A stretch of 64,000 bases of DNA. Origin: an uncultured bacterium. Lineage in GTDB: Bacteria > Babelota > Babeliae > Babelales > Babelaceae. The stretch lies in the NCBI GenBank assembly GCA_963819815.1, contig CAWFXL010000001.1, positions 480,001 through 544,000 on the forward strand, in the 5' to 3' direction. A program made the translations under genes and the position numbers. The first letter of the stretch is position 1, and each line of letters begins with the position of its first letter. Of the stretch, positions 19,945 to 30,900 are shown one piece after another. The notes under the pieces are model-generated. The model searched no databases and was not told the origin of the DNA. It saw only the letters and a program-made list of their open reading frames with translations.

Positions 19945-22900
19945 TTAAGAAACCAGTTCTTGTCCAATTTTAGCGAGCAAGAAGCTAACAAGACCGCTTA
20001 TAGATGGATCTAAATAAGCGATAAATGTTCTACCGCTTTGGTCTTGAATCCGTGTATTAGCACCTTTTTCTATCAGGAGCGTCACGATGGACAGTAGCCC
20101 ATGCTTCGCTGCAAGAATTAACGCAGTTTCTCCTGCGCTATTTTGAAGATCAAGGTTGGCCTTGTGTGAAAGAAAGAGCCTTGTTAACTCCTCGTTTTTA
20201 TGAGCTATCGCTTTCATAAGAACCGTCCTGCCCTCAGCATCTTGCGTATTTATGTCCGCCCCTATTTCAAGGAGCTGCGCTATAACCGCTGTACCTTGCA
20301 ATAAAGCACAATGCAGAACAGTCATTCCATTAATACGTCTATTAACATTAAGATAGGGTATGTAGCCTAATTGAAGTGAAATCACTTCCACGGAAGGTGC
20401 AGGAACCTGAATATCAGGAGCTTGTACCCCTATATGTTCAGGTGCAAGTACGATCGATGACGTTTGTGCCACTGAAGCAGGAGTTGGCGTTGCTTGTGAA
20501 TGCTTTTCTTGAGCGCGGCGTAAAATCTGTACGGAGTAGAAATGGCCTTTTCGTTGAGCTTCCTCTAAAGGTGTTTCTTGAACATTATTTTTCATACTCA
20601 GTAACAATGGATAGTGGTCCGTTATCCACTCAATAATTTCAACATGAGCAGCTTTGTTAGCAGGAAAATCGCGAGCAGCCATATGCAATACAGTATCTCC
20701 GTTAGTATCCTTCACGTAGATGAGCTGTTCGCATCCTTGTGCTTTGCATCTGTTGATTAAGTTGTGCAATATATTCAGTCGGCTAGCTGCCATATGCAAT
20801 ATCGTAGATCCAGAATCATTTACGAGTGTCGTAAGTTCTGGATAGGATTCTTGCAGCCAATCGATCATCGGCTCATCTACATTAAGCACCGCTACGTGCA
20901 ATATTGTGTATCCCGTAGAATAGCGACAATGTACAAGTTCTGGATAGGCACCTGCCAGATATTTCGCTAATTCGATATGTTTACCCGCGACAGCAGCAAC
21001 AAGTATTGACTGTCGGAAGTTATTTACCTTCTGTACAAAATGCGGATAGTTCTCAATCAACCACTTTACCATTGGTAGATGACCATATCTGGCAGCCATA
21101 TGGCATACAGTATCACCAGAAAAGGGGAGCATATCAAGGAGATCGGGATAATTTTTTAAGAGCCACTGGACCAACTCCGAATGATTTTTTTGCGCTGCTT
21201 CATAGAGTATTGTCTCATTATACTGGGATAGCCACTTATGAGACGCTCCTTGTCTTAACAGATTTTGTACTGCTAATACATCTCCGTTTCTGGCCGCGTC
21301 AAATAGATCCTGTTTTAATTGAGCTTCTCGAGGTGCATCCAGGTTATTTTCTGCTTGGCAAGCTTGAGGAGTAGAATGTTTTTGAGTCGGTGGCACTATA
21401 ATCACATCGCTACTATCTGTTGAGTCATCATCTTCTTGGATAACAATTGTTCTCCGTTCTGAAAGCATTGTAGATCTTGAATTATCTACATCCGATTCAT
21501 TGGCTTTTACAACAGGTTTGTCTGAAGAAGATGGTGCACCGCTTGGCACAACAGCCGTTGGCGTCTGTCTACTTGTAGGAGTACCTGCTGCATGAGGAGG
21601 AGAGACCTCTCGTCCAGCAGATGGCAATGATTGTGAGGAAACACTCTTGTGCGGCAAAAGCCCTTGTTCCCGCTTTTTTACTAAATCTCGAATTAAATCC
21701 GCTAAAAAAGGAGCTGCATCAAAAACTGTTTCGCCCTTATTATTAGTAGCTGTTACATCCGCACCTCTTTCTATCAGCTCTTTTACAATCGCCACATTAC
21801 TGTTTCGCGCAGCTACATGTAAAGGTGTATTGCCATAACGATTTTTCGAATTAACGGGAGCTCCTTGATCCAATAGAGCAATAATCGTACCTGTATTACG
21901 ATTCCTCAGTGCTTTAAAGAATTCTCCATGCACTCCTGCAACCGAATTACCATTGGGACTTTCCACTGGCTTTTCAGATTGTTCTTTTTCATCCTGTTCG
22001 TTCGTCATTCGAGCTCTTTTTTCCGGAGTCGACTCACCAGAAGGAGTTCTTTTTTTTGTCGAATTATTCTTAGTATTTTCGTCAGATCCTGTGGAAATAG
22101 CTGCTTTCGGTGTAGAACCATTTTGTACAGAAATCGCTGCGTCCCGTTCTTTGGCATATTCACGAATAATGCGTTCGACTTCAGGATGAACTTTATCAAA
22201 AATTGTTTTACCTCTTTTATTCACGGCCCGTATATCTGCACCTCTTTTTATTAATTCTTTGACAACCGTCATATTGGTTGGTGTGGCCCTTCGCGCAGCA
22301 GCATGTAACAGAGTATTACCGTAACGATTTTTCATATTTACTGGTACACCTTGTTTGAGTATCGCTAATGCTTTTTGAGTATTTCCATTATAGATGTCTT
22401 TATGGACGTCTTTAAACAGCTTACTTTGGAGCGTGGAATCATCTTTTTCAATAACAATATTTTCCTCTCCGGCAGTTGCTGTGGAATCATCTTCAATAAC
22501 AATATTGTCGTCTGCGACAGTTGCTACTGAATTATCTCCAGATTGCTCAGGAACTTCCTCAGTAGGATTACTTACTACACCAGCCACCTGAACGGCCTTC
22601 TGCTTCTCAAGAGCTTGCTTTTGTTTTCCTACTAACTGAGAAATTAATTCAGCCACTTCAGGACGTGCCCCTTCGAAAACTGATCGACCTTTGTAATTAA
22701 AGTCAAAAACGTCAGCTCCTCTTTTTATAAGCTCATCTACGATTGTCATATCATTTTTTGTTGCGTTTCTCATAGCCACGTGCAGAGGCGTATCTCCACT
22801 ACGATTTTTCGCAGTTACTGGCACGCCCTGCTCTAGTAAATCAAATACTTTTCTACTGTTTCCTTGAGTGATATACCTAAATAATTCTTCTTCAAGAGAA

Positions 22901-23703
22901 TCTTCTTCACTATCGACATACTCCCAGTTGGACGACTCATTGTCCTCCTCAGATTGCTGACTTATCTGCTGAGGAGCTTTCCTTAAGCGAAGATCGGTCG
23001 AGCGTTGAGGCGTAACCGGGGATGAAGATTTAATGAAAGAAGTATCTAATCTATCAGGAACAGATATCTTTCGTTTGCCACTTGCACGAGAAATGGAAGC
23101 ACTTTTCGGGGCAGAAACCTGCTTCCGTTTATCTACCAACTCATAGAATAAGTCAGCTACTTCAGGGAGAGCACCTTCAAAAATTGCTTCGCCTTTATTA
23201 TTTAAGGCAGCTATATCAGCACCTGTTTCTATCAGTTTTTCTACAACGGACATATTGTTTTTCGTGGCAGTTCGCATAGCAATATGCAGAGGAGTATCAC
23301 CGCTGCGATTTTTTACGTTTACAGCTGCCCCTTGCTCTAATAATGCAAGAACATTTCCACTGTTACGATCCCTTAGCTCCTGAAATATGTCATTTCGATA
23401 ACGCATCTCATGTAGCGCGGCGACTGCGGTGGTGCTTTGTTCGCTTTCGTCATGTCCGGACTCGAAGCGCGATCTTTTTTCAGACGTGGAAGCAAAAGAA
23501 GAACTTCTTTTCTTGGTCGCTTGCACATGCTGGTCGTTAGTAGTCTCCTGGATGCTTTCAACCGTGCGCCTCAATACTTTTGCTGTACCTACATGTGCAG
23601 AGCCATCTCTTAGTTCTTGGTCAGCAATCTGAGCAATTTTTTCCATAGCACTCATGCCTTGAAAGCATAGTACTGCACCCAGCACTATCATAATCTTTTT
23701 CAT
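19945..23703 (-). CDS. Large modular secreted ankyrin protein, paralogue A1
   Basis: Signal MKKIMIVLGAVLCFQGMSA|M; four short 2-ANK modules, one long ANK block and a shared C-terminal ANK module, joined by disordered linkers. Confidence 0.93.
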   Translation of the reverse strand: MKKIMIVLGAVLCFQGMSAMEKIAQIADQELRDGSAHVGTAKVLRRTVESIQETTNDQHVQATKKRSSSFASTSEKRSRFESGHDESEQSTTAVAALHEMRYRNDIFQELRDRNSGNVLALLEQGAAVNVKNRSGDTPLHIAMRTATKNNMSVVEKLIETGADIAALNNKGEAIFEGALPEVADLFYELVDKRKQVSAPKSASISRASGKRKISVPDRLDTSFIKSSSPVTPQRSTDLRLRKAPQQISQQSEEDNESSNWEYVDSEEDSLEEELFRYITQGNSRKVFDLLEQGVPVTAKNRSGDTPLHVAMRNATKNDMTIVDELIKRGADVFDFNYKGRSVFEGARPEVAELISQLVGKQKQALEKQKAVQVAGVVSNPTEEVPEQSGDNSVATVADDNIVIEDDSTATAGEENIVIEKDDSTLQSKLFKDVHKDIYNGNTQKALAILKQGVPVNMKNRYGNTLLHAAARRATPTNMTVVKELIKRGADIRAVNKRGKTIFDKVHPEVERIIREYAKERDAAISVQNGSTPKAAISTGSDENTKNNSTKKRTPSGESTPEKRARMTNEQDEKEQSEKPVESPNGNSVAGVHGEFFKALRNRNTGTIIALLDQGAPVNSKNRYGNTPLHVAARNSNVAIVKELIERGADVTATNNKGETVFDAAPFLADLIRDLVKKREQGLLPHKSVSSQSLPSAGREVSPPHAAGTPTSRQTPTAVVPSGAPSSSDKPVVKANESDVDNSRSTMLSERRTIVIQEDDDSTDSSDVIIVPPTQKHSTPQACQAENNLDAPREAQLKQDLFDAARNGDVLAVQNLLRQGASHKWLSQYNETILYEAAQKNHSELVQWLLKNYPDLLDMLPFSGDTVCHMAARYGHLPMVKWLIENYPHFVQKVNNFRQSILVAAVAGKHIELAKYLAGAYPELVHCRYSTGYTILHVAVLNVDEPMIDWLQESYPELTTLVNDSGSTILHMAASRLNILHNLINRCKAQGCEQLIYVKDTNGDTVLHMAARDFPANKAAHVEIIEWITDHYPLLLSMKNNVQETPLEEAQRKGHFYSVQILRRAQEKHSQATPTPASVAQTSSIVLAPEHIGVQAPDIQVPAPSVEVISLQLGYIPYLNVNRRINGMTVLHCALLQGTAVIAQLLEIGADINTQDAEGRTVLMKAIAHKNEELTRLFLSHKANLDLQNSAGETALILAAKHGLLSIVTLLIEKGANTRIQDQSGRTFIAYLDPSISGLVSFLLAKIGQELVS

Positions 23704-23758
23704 AATAACCATCCTTCATCGTTTTATTCGTTTATCTTACTATACTATTCCCAAGCAC

Positions 23759-26700
23759 TTATGATCGTTGGGCTAAGATTGCAATTACCAGTCCTTGTAT
23801 TGATGGATCTAAATAAGTGATATACATATTGCCTCGCTTGTCTCGCATCGCTGTATCCGCGCCTTTTCCAATAAGGAGCGTAACAAGAGATAAAGAACCA
23901 CCCTTTGCAGCAATAATTAATGCTGTTTCACCTACATTATTTTGCATATTTACGTTGGCATTTTTGCTCAGTAATAGCTGTATGAGTTCCTCATTCTTAT
24001 TTTCTACCGCTTGCATAAGAACAGTCTTGCCTTCACCATCCTGGGCATTAATATCAGCGCCCAGTGCAAGTAGCTTAAGTACAACGGCACTGCCTTGCAA
24101 TAATCCATGATGAAGCACAGTTTTGCCACCAATGTGTTTATTTACGTCAATAAAATCTACCCATTCAGGCTTATGTATCGTAACGCTCGCGGTTTGAGCC
24201 GGAGTAGCTTTCATAGTTTGTGAAGAAACATTCTCGACAGGAACTGATGTAGCTGGAGTCTGTGTCCTCGCTGTAGAAGCTATAGTACTTTTTATAGGTT
24301 GCGCCGGGAGCTGCGACATCTGTACTGGCGCCGAGTTAGGTTTCGGCATGTACGTAAATGTGCTTATGATAGGCCGAAATGGGGTTTGCGTAGCTACTAC
24401 TGCTGAAGTTCTTACAGGTTGCTGCTGAGATTGAGGCATTTGAATCATTGGCATATACCATGGCCAAGTTGTTGCAGGTTGAGATGCAAAAGATCTCACA
24501 ACTTGCTGTTGAAGCTGCGGATCAAGCGTCCCTGATGGAACTAAAGAAGGCCTTACGACAGGTTGTGATACAGCTTGTGTCCCTACCACCGCTGAAGTCC
24601 TCACAGGTTGCTGTTGGAACTGATACAAAGATTGTACGAGCATCATGCCAGGCACTGAACTCGGTTGTACTGTGTGATGAGGTACATTCGTAGCTGCTTT
24701 AGCTGCAGTTTGTGTCGCCGCAGAGCTTGTAGCAGCATTCGCGGACGGCTGTTGAGCAGGCTGCACGTTCGAAAGTTGCGGAGCACCTTGCTGGCAAAGA
24801 GCCGCTACCATATCCTGTTTATTATTTCCAATAGCTTCTTCTAACGGTGTTTTGTGCGCTTTGTTTTTTATAGTGAGTAGTCGCGGGTAATTGGTTGCTA
24901 ACCATGAGGCAACTGACGGTTTTCCCTTTAATACTGCAGCATGAAGACAGGTGTGACCCTCATTATCTTCGACATACAGTAATGATGGACATTCTTGCAC
25001 AAGATAATCTATAATGCGCCTTCCTTTTCTTATTGCTCCTGTATGTAATATGGTGGCACCCTGAGCAGTCACCAAGATTTTGAGGTCCGGATATTCTTCT
25101 ATAAGCCATTTTACCATGTCAGGATTTTTGCCTAGCGTCGCCGTATGCAGCACTGTGAGATTATTGCTGGCTAAAGACCTTACTAACTGAGGATAATTGC
25201 GTGCCAAATATTGCGCTATATCTAACCGTTCTTTCAATACGGCGGTGTGAAGGACAGACGCACTCATTGGGCTTAGTTTGTGAAAAAGTTCGGGACAGTG
25301 CTGTTCAAACCATTTCAGGAGATCAAAATGACCATGCATGACTGCAGTGTGCAAAGCGGTACCATCCACTGAAAGTCTATCTTTCAAATCTGGATACTTA
25401 CTTAAAAGCCACTGAACTACCTGTGTATGATTATGTGCTGTCGCTATATGTAATATTGTTTGCTGTTTCTCATCTACTGCTGTATGGGGCGCTCCGTCTT
25501 TCAAAATCCTTTGCAGATCAGATAGGTTACCCTTTTGGGCCGCGGTAAAAAGTAACTCTTCGTGCACTGTTCGAGGAGATGCACTCACGGTTTGTACAGG
25601 TGGAGTCGGTATCTGATCGGGTGAAACAGTTGAATTTTGGGAGGTTCCCGTCTGCACTACTTGAGTAGACATCTGATTTTTCTTTGCTGCAGAACCCTTT
25701 TTAACCTGCTCCGTTCTTAAACTTACTGTTTGGGTAGGTGGAAAAGGCCATACTGGTGTGGGTACGTTTGAAGCATTTTGCACAGTCGGCTGTGCCGGGT
25801 CTGCTTTTTGTCTGCTCTGAGAAGTTACAGTATTCTGCGCGGACAGAGGCAAACTAGTTCCTGCCTGCACAGCATTATGCTGGGCAGGAGAGGTACGAGC
25901 CGTTTTATCTTTATCATGCCCTGTCTGTTGCGTATCTTTAGGAGCCACTTTATGCAGTTCATCAGTTGAAGATAGAGTTCTTTTGACACCTGATTGCCTT
26001 GTTACCGCAGAGCTCGTGGAAGCTGTAGAAACTGCTTTAACCGTCTTGGTTTGTTTATCTGCTACTGCTGGCTGATCTGCTTGGTTGGTTACTGCTGTAG
26101 ACAAGCCAGGATTACTTTTTTTACTAGCTAATTGTGGATATGTGGCAGTTAACCACTGCGCTATATCATTATTATTATTGCTCCGAGCAATATCCACGCA
26201 GGTCTGTCCCTTATTGTTTTTTATATCGATCAAAAACGGGATACAGTTTCTCGCGATGTATTGTACTATCTCTAACTTGCCTCCCTTTGATGCAGCAGTA
26301 TGGAGTACTGTCCATCCATCATTGGTTCGTAATTTTTGAAGTTGAGGATCATTCGTCATCAACCATTGGGCCATTTTAATATCCCCACTAATTGTTGCCT
26401 CATGTAGAGCGGTCCAGCCATGCAATTCGCGCTCACGTAGTATATGGGGAAATTGCTCTGCTAAAAATTTCGCAATCTCGAAATATCCACGTCTGACTGC
26501 AACTTGAAGAGCCGTTCTTCCTGTCATATCTTTCTTTGCCGCTAAATCCCAATAATGTGTTGCGAGCCATTGAACTATTTCTAAACGATTATTAAAAGCT
26601 GCTTCATGTAATACCGTTTGCCCTTTATCGCCAAGCACAGTGTGCAAAGTTCCTTGGTGAATGATATCCTGCACATCTTTTAAAGTACCCTTTCTAGCAG

Positions 26701-27214
26701 CCTTAAAAAGATCCTTGTGGATTTTCGAAACTTCAGAAGATACATTTGTGCTACTTACAGCCTGTACAGGCTGACTAGCTGGAGTCGACGGTACCGCATT
26801 TGTTTGCGCTCGAGGGGATAACGCTAATCCTCCTGATGAACGTTGACCATTTTTTGGGGATGGGACAGTAGTTTGTGCCTTCTGCACCTGCATAGATTGT
26901 GCTTGGTTATTAATCTTCTGAGGTACCACCTGTTCCGCAAAATCGGCAAGACCGAGCAATGTTTGCGCAGCAGTCCTTATATCTGTCGAGCGATCTGACG
27001 GCTCAGTAAGAGGTCGTTCACTGCCAGTACGGGGCCGTTTTGTTTGCTCAGATTCAAATGGTACCCTTCTTTTTACAGCTGCTGATTCATTGGCAGAATG
27101 TAAACGAGCAGAAGTTGTTTGCTCTTGAGCCTCTGATCGTACGAGAGAAGTATTCATAGCGGTAATGCCATGAAAAAAGAGCATTACACTCATAAGTACT
27201 ATAAACTTGTTCAT
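23759..27214 (-). CDS. Large modular secreted ankyrin protein, paralogue B
   Basis: AGGAG RBS; MNKFIVLMSVMLFFHGITA|M; two long ANK blocks, Q/P/S/T-rich linkers, shared C-terminal module. Confidence 0.93.
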   Translation of the reverse strand: MNKFIVLMSVMLFFHGITAMNTSLVRSEAQEQTTSARLHSANESAAVKRRVPFESEQTKRPRTGSERPLTEPSDRSTDIRTAAQTLLGLADFAEQVVPQKINNQAQSMQVQKAQTTVPSPKNGQRSSGGLALSPRAQTNAVPSTPASQPVQAVSSTNVSSEVSKIHKDLFKAARKGTLKDVQDIIHQGTLHTVLGDKGQTVLHEAAFNNRLEIVQWLATHYWDLAAKKDMTGRTALQVAVRRGYFEIAKFLAEQFPHILRERELHGWTALHEATISGDIKMAQWLMTNDPQLQKLRTNDGWTVLHTAASKGGKLEIVQYIARNCIPFLIDIKNNKGQTCVDIARSNNNNDIAQWLTATYPQLASKKSNPGLSTAVTNQADQPAVADKQTKTVKAVSTASTSSAVTRQSGVKRTLSSTDELHKVAPKDTQQTGHDKDKTARTSPAQHNAVQAGTSLPLSAQNTVTSQSRQKADPAQPTVQNASNVPTPVWPFPPTQTVSLRTEQVKKGSAAKKNQMSTQVVQTGTSQNSTVSPDQIPTPPVQTVSASPRTVHEELLFTAAQKGNLSDLQRILKDGAPHTAVDEKQQTILHIATAHNHTQVVQWLLSKYPDLKDRLSVDGTALHTAVMHGHFDLLKWFEQHCPELFHKLSPMSASVLHTAVLKERLDIAQYLARNYPQLVRSLASNNLTVLHTATLGKNPDMVKWLIEEYPDLKILVTAQGATILHTGAIRKGRRIIDYLVQECPSLLYVEDNEGHTCLHAAVLKGKPSVASWLATNYPRLLTIKNKAHKTPLEEAIGNNKQDMVAALCQQGAPQLSNVQPAQQPSANAATSSAATQTAAKAATNVPHHTVQPSSVPGMMLVQSLYQFQQQPVRTSAVVGTQAVSQPVVRPSLVPSGTLDPQLQQQVVRSFASQPATTWPWYMPMIQMPQSQQQPVRTSAVVATQTPFRPIISTFTYMPKPNSAPVQMSQLPAQPIKSTIASTARTQTPATSVPVENVSSQTMKATPAQTASVTIHKPEWVDFIDVNKHIGGKTVLHHGLLQGSAVVLKLLALGADINAQDGEGKTVLMQAVENKNEELIQLLLSKNANVNMQNNVGETALIIAAKGGSLSLVTLLIGKGADTAMRDKRGNMYITYLDPSIQGLVIAILAQRS

Positions 27215-27278
27215 AAAATCTCCTACTATTATTATCCCTATTATATCAATCATTCATTCTTATCTTTATTAAACGTCT

Positions 27279-27309
27279 GGTGCAAGGTGACTATCTGTCA
27301 CTTTGCACC
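27279..27309. promoter_or_regulatory. 13-bp stem hairpin in the 5' region of paralogue B
   Basis: GGTGCAAGGTGAC-tatct-GTCACTTTGCACC. Confidence 0.45.
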
Positions 27310-27551
27310 CAAATCTTACAGGCAACCATTCTACCATTTTATGATCATCTTTTCTTCTGCATAGGAACAAAGCTACTTTGCTGCATATGAGATCAATAAG
27401 ATAGGTTCTAGATTAAAAAAATTATAATGCAATTAACTCGATTAAGACGAGCTTCTCAACCGGTTTCCATTGCAAAGCAGCACAATTACCGCCAATCAGC
27501 AGATTTCATGCTCGCCTTACCTACAGTGTCTCTCTATAGGCAAGTATACTT

Positions 27552-27579
27552 ATTCTACAGGATTGAAAAAAAATGTCAA
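27552..27579 (-). promoter_or_regulatory. Sigma70-like promoter
   Basis: TTGACA-N16-TAGAAT. Confidence 0.5.
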
Positions 27580-27628
27580 ATAAGATTTTATCCTTCTCCC
27601 AGTCGAGATTCTTATAATCGGGTAGGAG

Positions 27629-27817
27629 GAGCGATTTGACAGAAACACGCATGGTAAAGCTATTCACATTGAAGACTTTGCACAAGTTTTGCAATGTATC
27701 CTGAAAAAAAATATAGTGCTGCAAGCTCTACAAATATCGCTCAAGTAATTGGAAGTGAGATTGACTTGGAGGGATTAATCGAATTCATTCGACGCTTGAT
27801 TTTTAATATTTTAATAG
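27629..27817 (+). pseudogene. hipA: Internal fragment of a hipA-family kinase gene, frameshifted
   Basis: ERFDRNTHGKAIHIEDFAQV/AMYPEKKYSAASSTNIAQVI...EFIRRLIFNILI aligns with the intact HipA at about 38205-38395. Confidence 0.85.
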
Positions 27818-27909
27818 AGGCTCGTCGCTTCAATTTTGAAAACAGCATATATATTATTCAAAATGCCTCCTCATCATAGGCGGATACATGCAGGACGGCC
27901 AAACAAAAA

Positions 27910-30900
27910 TCAATAAGGAGGAGGTCCACCAACGCCGCCAAAGGAAACATTGATATTATGCACCCGCGCAGATTTAGCTACCAATACGCCAATAAGAGGT
28001 CTTATAGATGGATCTAAATATGCTACAAAGGTCTTTTCGTTCTTATCTTGTATCCTTGTGTCAGCTCCATTTTCTATAAGGAATGCAACTAGAGGTAATA
28101 GCCCATTCTGCGCTGCCAAAATCAAAGCGGTTTGGCCTGCATTATTTTGAATATTAAGGCTTGCCCCTTGAGAAACAATCGATCGAACAAGTTCATCATT
28201 TCTATTTTCAATAGCTTTCATAAGAACTGTTTTGCCTTCATTATCTAGGGCATTTATATCAGCTCCCATTTCAAGAAACTGCTTTATAATCGCTGTACCC
28301 TGCAATAGTGTACAATGAAGAACCGTCAACCCATTAATACGTTTATGCACATCTACGAAATCAGCTAGCTCAGGCTGACGCGGGATTATTATATTTCTGG
28401 CCACATGTTCTTGTTGATTATTAACTGGCACGTTGGATCTATCTTCTATTGAGGTAGCTTTTTGCGATGCCTGCTTTGTAGAGGAGTTATTCGAACTGTC
28501 AAGAACTGTTTGTTCATGCCTTTTCTCAGCATCTTCTAATATTTGTATAATCGCTGGTTTATTAAGGCTTCGCGCCACATCCAATGGTGTCTCTTGCTTG
28601 TTATTTTTTATAGTGAGCAAGCGTGGATAGGTATGAGCAAGCCATTGAACAATTTCAAGCTTATTCGCAATTACTGCATTATAAAGACAGGTAAGACCAT
28701 CCTCGCTTTGTAATAAAACGGGGCATGATTGTGCTATGTGTTGAACTACCTCGAGGCTGCGCGCCGAAGCGACATGGAGTATGGAATGTTTTTTAATCGC
28801 CAGTAATGGTATAAGATCGGGAAAGCAGCGCATCAGCCATTTTACCATTTCAAGATTATCGCTACATATTGCGTTCATAAGTACAGACATATCCTTATTG
28901 CCTAATTTATTCGCAAGTTCTGGATGTTTTTGTAATACATATTTCACAATTTCAAAATGTCCTTTAAAGGCAGCAAGATGAAGTGCCGTGCTCCTACTTT
29001 TATCCGTCTTCATCAAAAGATCTGGAAACCGGAAGATTAACCATTTTACCAGTTCGATATGACCAAGTTGCGCGGCAACATGCGCTATTGTATAGCCCCG
29101 ATCATCAGTCATATCAACCAAATCAGGATATATTTCAAGCAACCATTGCACCATCCCTAAATGATTGTGCCGTGCAGCCACATGAGCTATGGTAGCACCC
29201 TTATCAGAGCGCCATTTTAATGATGCTCCTTGCATTAAAAGATCTATCAATTGTAGCCTATCACCTTTCTGCGCTACTGCAAAAAGATCACTTTTTAGCC
29301 GTTTTTCTTGACGCGAACTTTGATCACTTTCTTCCTGTGGCTGAACCGCCAATTGACTTTGCTCAGGCACCGAACTTTTTTGAGCTAGCGGCATGAGGGG
29401 TACTTCTATTAAACCGTCCTCTTGCACATTGGTATTCTGCCCCATAGGTAATGGCGGTCTCTGTACAGGCGAATGAGAAAGGTGAGCTGAATGTTGTATC
29501 TGTAGTTCGTGCTGGTTTCCCTCACCTATAGCTCGTGTCCTCGCAGGAGCTGATGTTTTTTGTGGTGCGCTTGTTTGAGATGATTGCCTCTTAAGAGGTG
29601 TAGGCGATGCGTCACTTTCTGAAGTATCATCTATGTACCGGTTTTTCACTAGTTCCCGCATTAACGTAGCCACTTCAGGATCAGCACAATCAAAAACTGT
29701 TTCGCCATGAACATTCACAGGGGAGGTATCAGCGCCCCTTTTTATAAGTTCAGAGACAATTAACATTTTACCTTTTTTTGCCCATCGCGCTGCTATATGT
29801 AAAGGCGTATTGCCGAGCTTATTTATCACATTAATAGGAGCCCCTTGATCCAATAAAGCAATCACTTTCAATGTACTCTTGCGAGAGATCTCATGAAACA
29901 ATCTTTCTTCGAGCGTACCATCGTTATCACCTTCTTTCTCATTATCGATAAAGGAACTGTCTGCAATGCTCTGTTCGCGTTCATCTTCTTCATCATCTAG
30001 TCGAGACCTTTTTTCAGGAGCAGATCGAAATGAACTCCTTCTTTTTTTAGCTGGCAGTCTAGTTTGATTTTTATCAGTACCATTATCTGCTATCTGCCCG
30101 GAATCTTTCTTTTTTGAGTGAGGAGCTACATGAGCAGCATCGCATACTAATTCTTTTTTACTATTCTGACTAACTTTAGCTGATGTTCTTTGTGGTGCAC
30201 TTGTTTGAGACGATTGCCTCGTAAGAAGTCTTGACGATGCCGCACCTTTTTTCGTATCATCTGAGTCCCGGTTTTTTACCAGTTCATGCATTAACGTAGC
30301 CACTTCAGAATCAGCGCAGTCAAAAACTGTTTCGCCATAATCATTCACAGGGGAGGTATCAGCACCCCTTTTTATAAGTTCAGACACAAGTACCATTCTA
30401 CCTTTTGTTGCCCATCGCGCTGCTAGATGTAAAGGGGTGTGGCCCAGTTTATTTATCGCGTTAACAGGAGCTCCTTCATCCAATAACGCAATCGTTTTCG
30501 GTGTATTCTTACGAGAAATCTCCCGGAACAATCTTTCTTCGAGCGTACCATCGTTATTAGCTTCTTTATTGATGAATGAACCACCTCTCGTGCTTTGTTG
30601 GCTTTCATCTTCTTCACCCTTTATTCGAGACCCTTTTTCAGGAGCAGATCGAAATGAGCTCTTTCTTTTTTTAACTGAAGGTGTAGTTTGATTTTTATCA
30701 ACTTCGTTAGTTGGAAGCTGCTGCATAGCAGCTATATTATTTTGCGTGGAAACATTGGCGTCCCGTTTTTTTTCCAGTTTATGTACTAAGCTAGACATTT
30801 CAGGATCCGCATTCACAAAAATCGTTTCGTTCTTATTATTCAACGCATAAATATCAGCGCCCCTCTTTATAAGTTCTCCTACGAGCCATTTTGTTTTTAT

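Noticed and set aside
29548..30700. Duplicated segments as a DGR template/variable repeat pair
   Set aside because: Both copies are in-frame coding, differences are not adenine-specific, and there is no reverse transcriptase in the window
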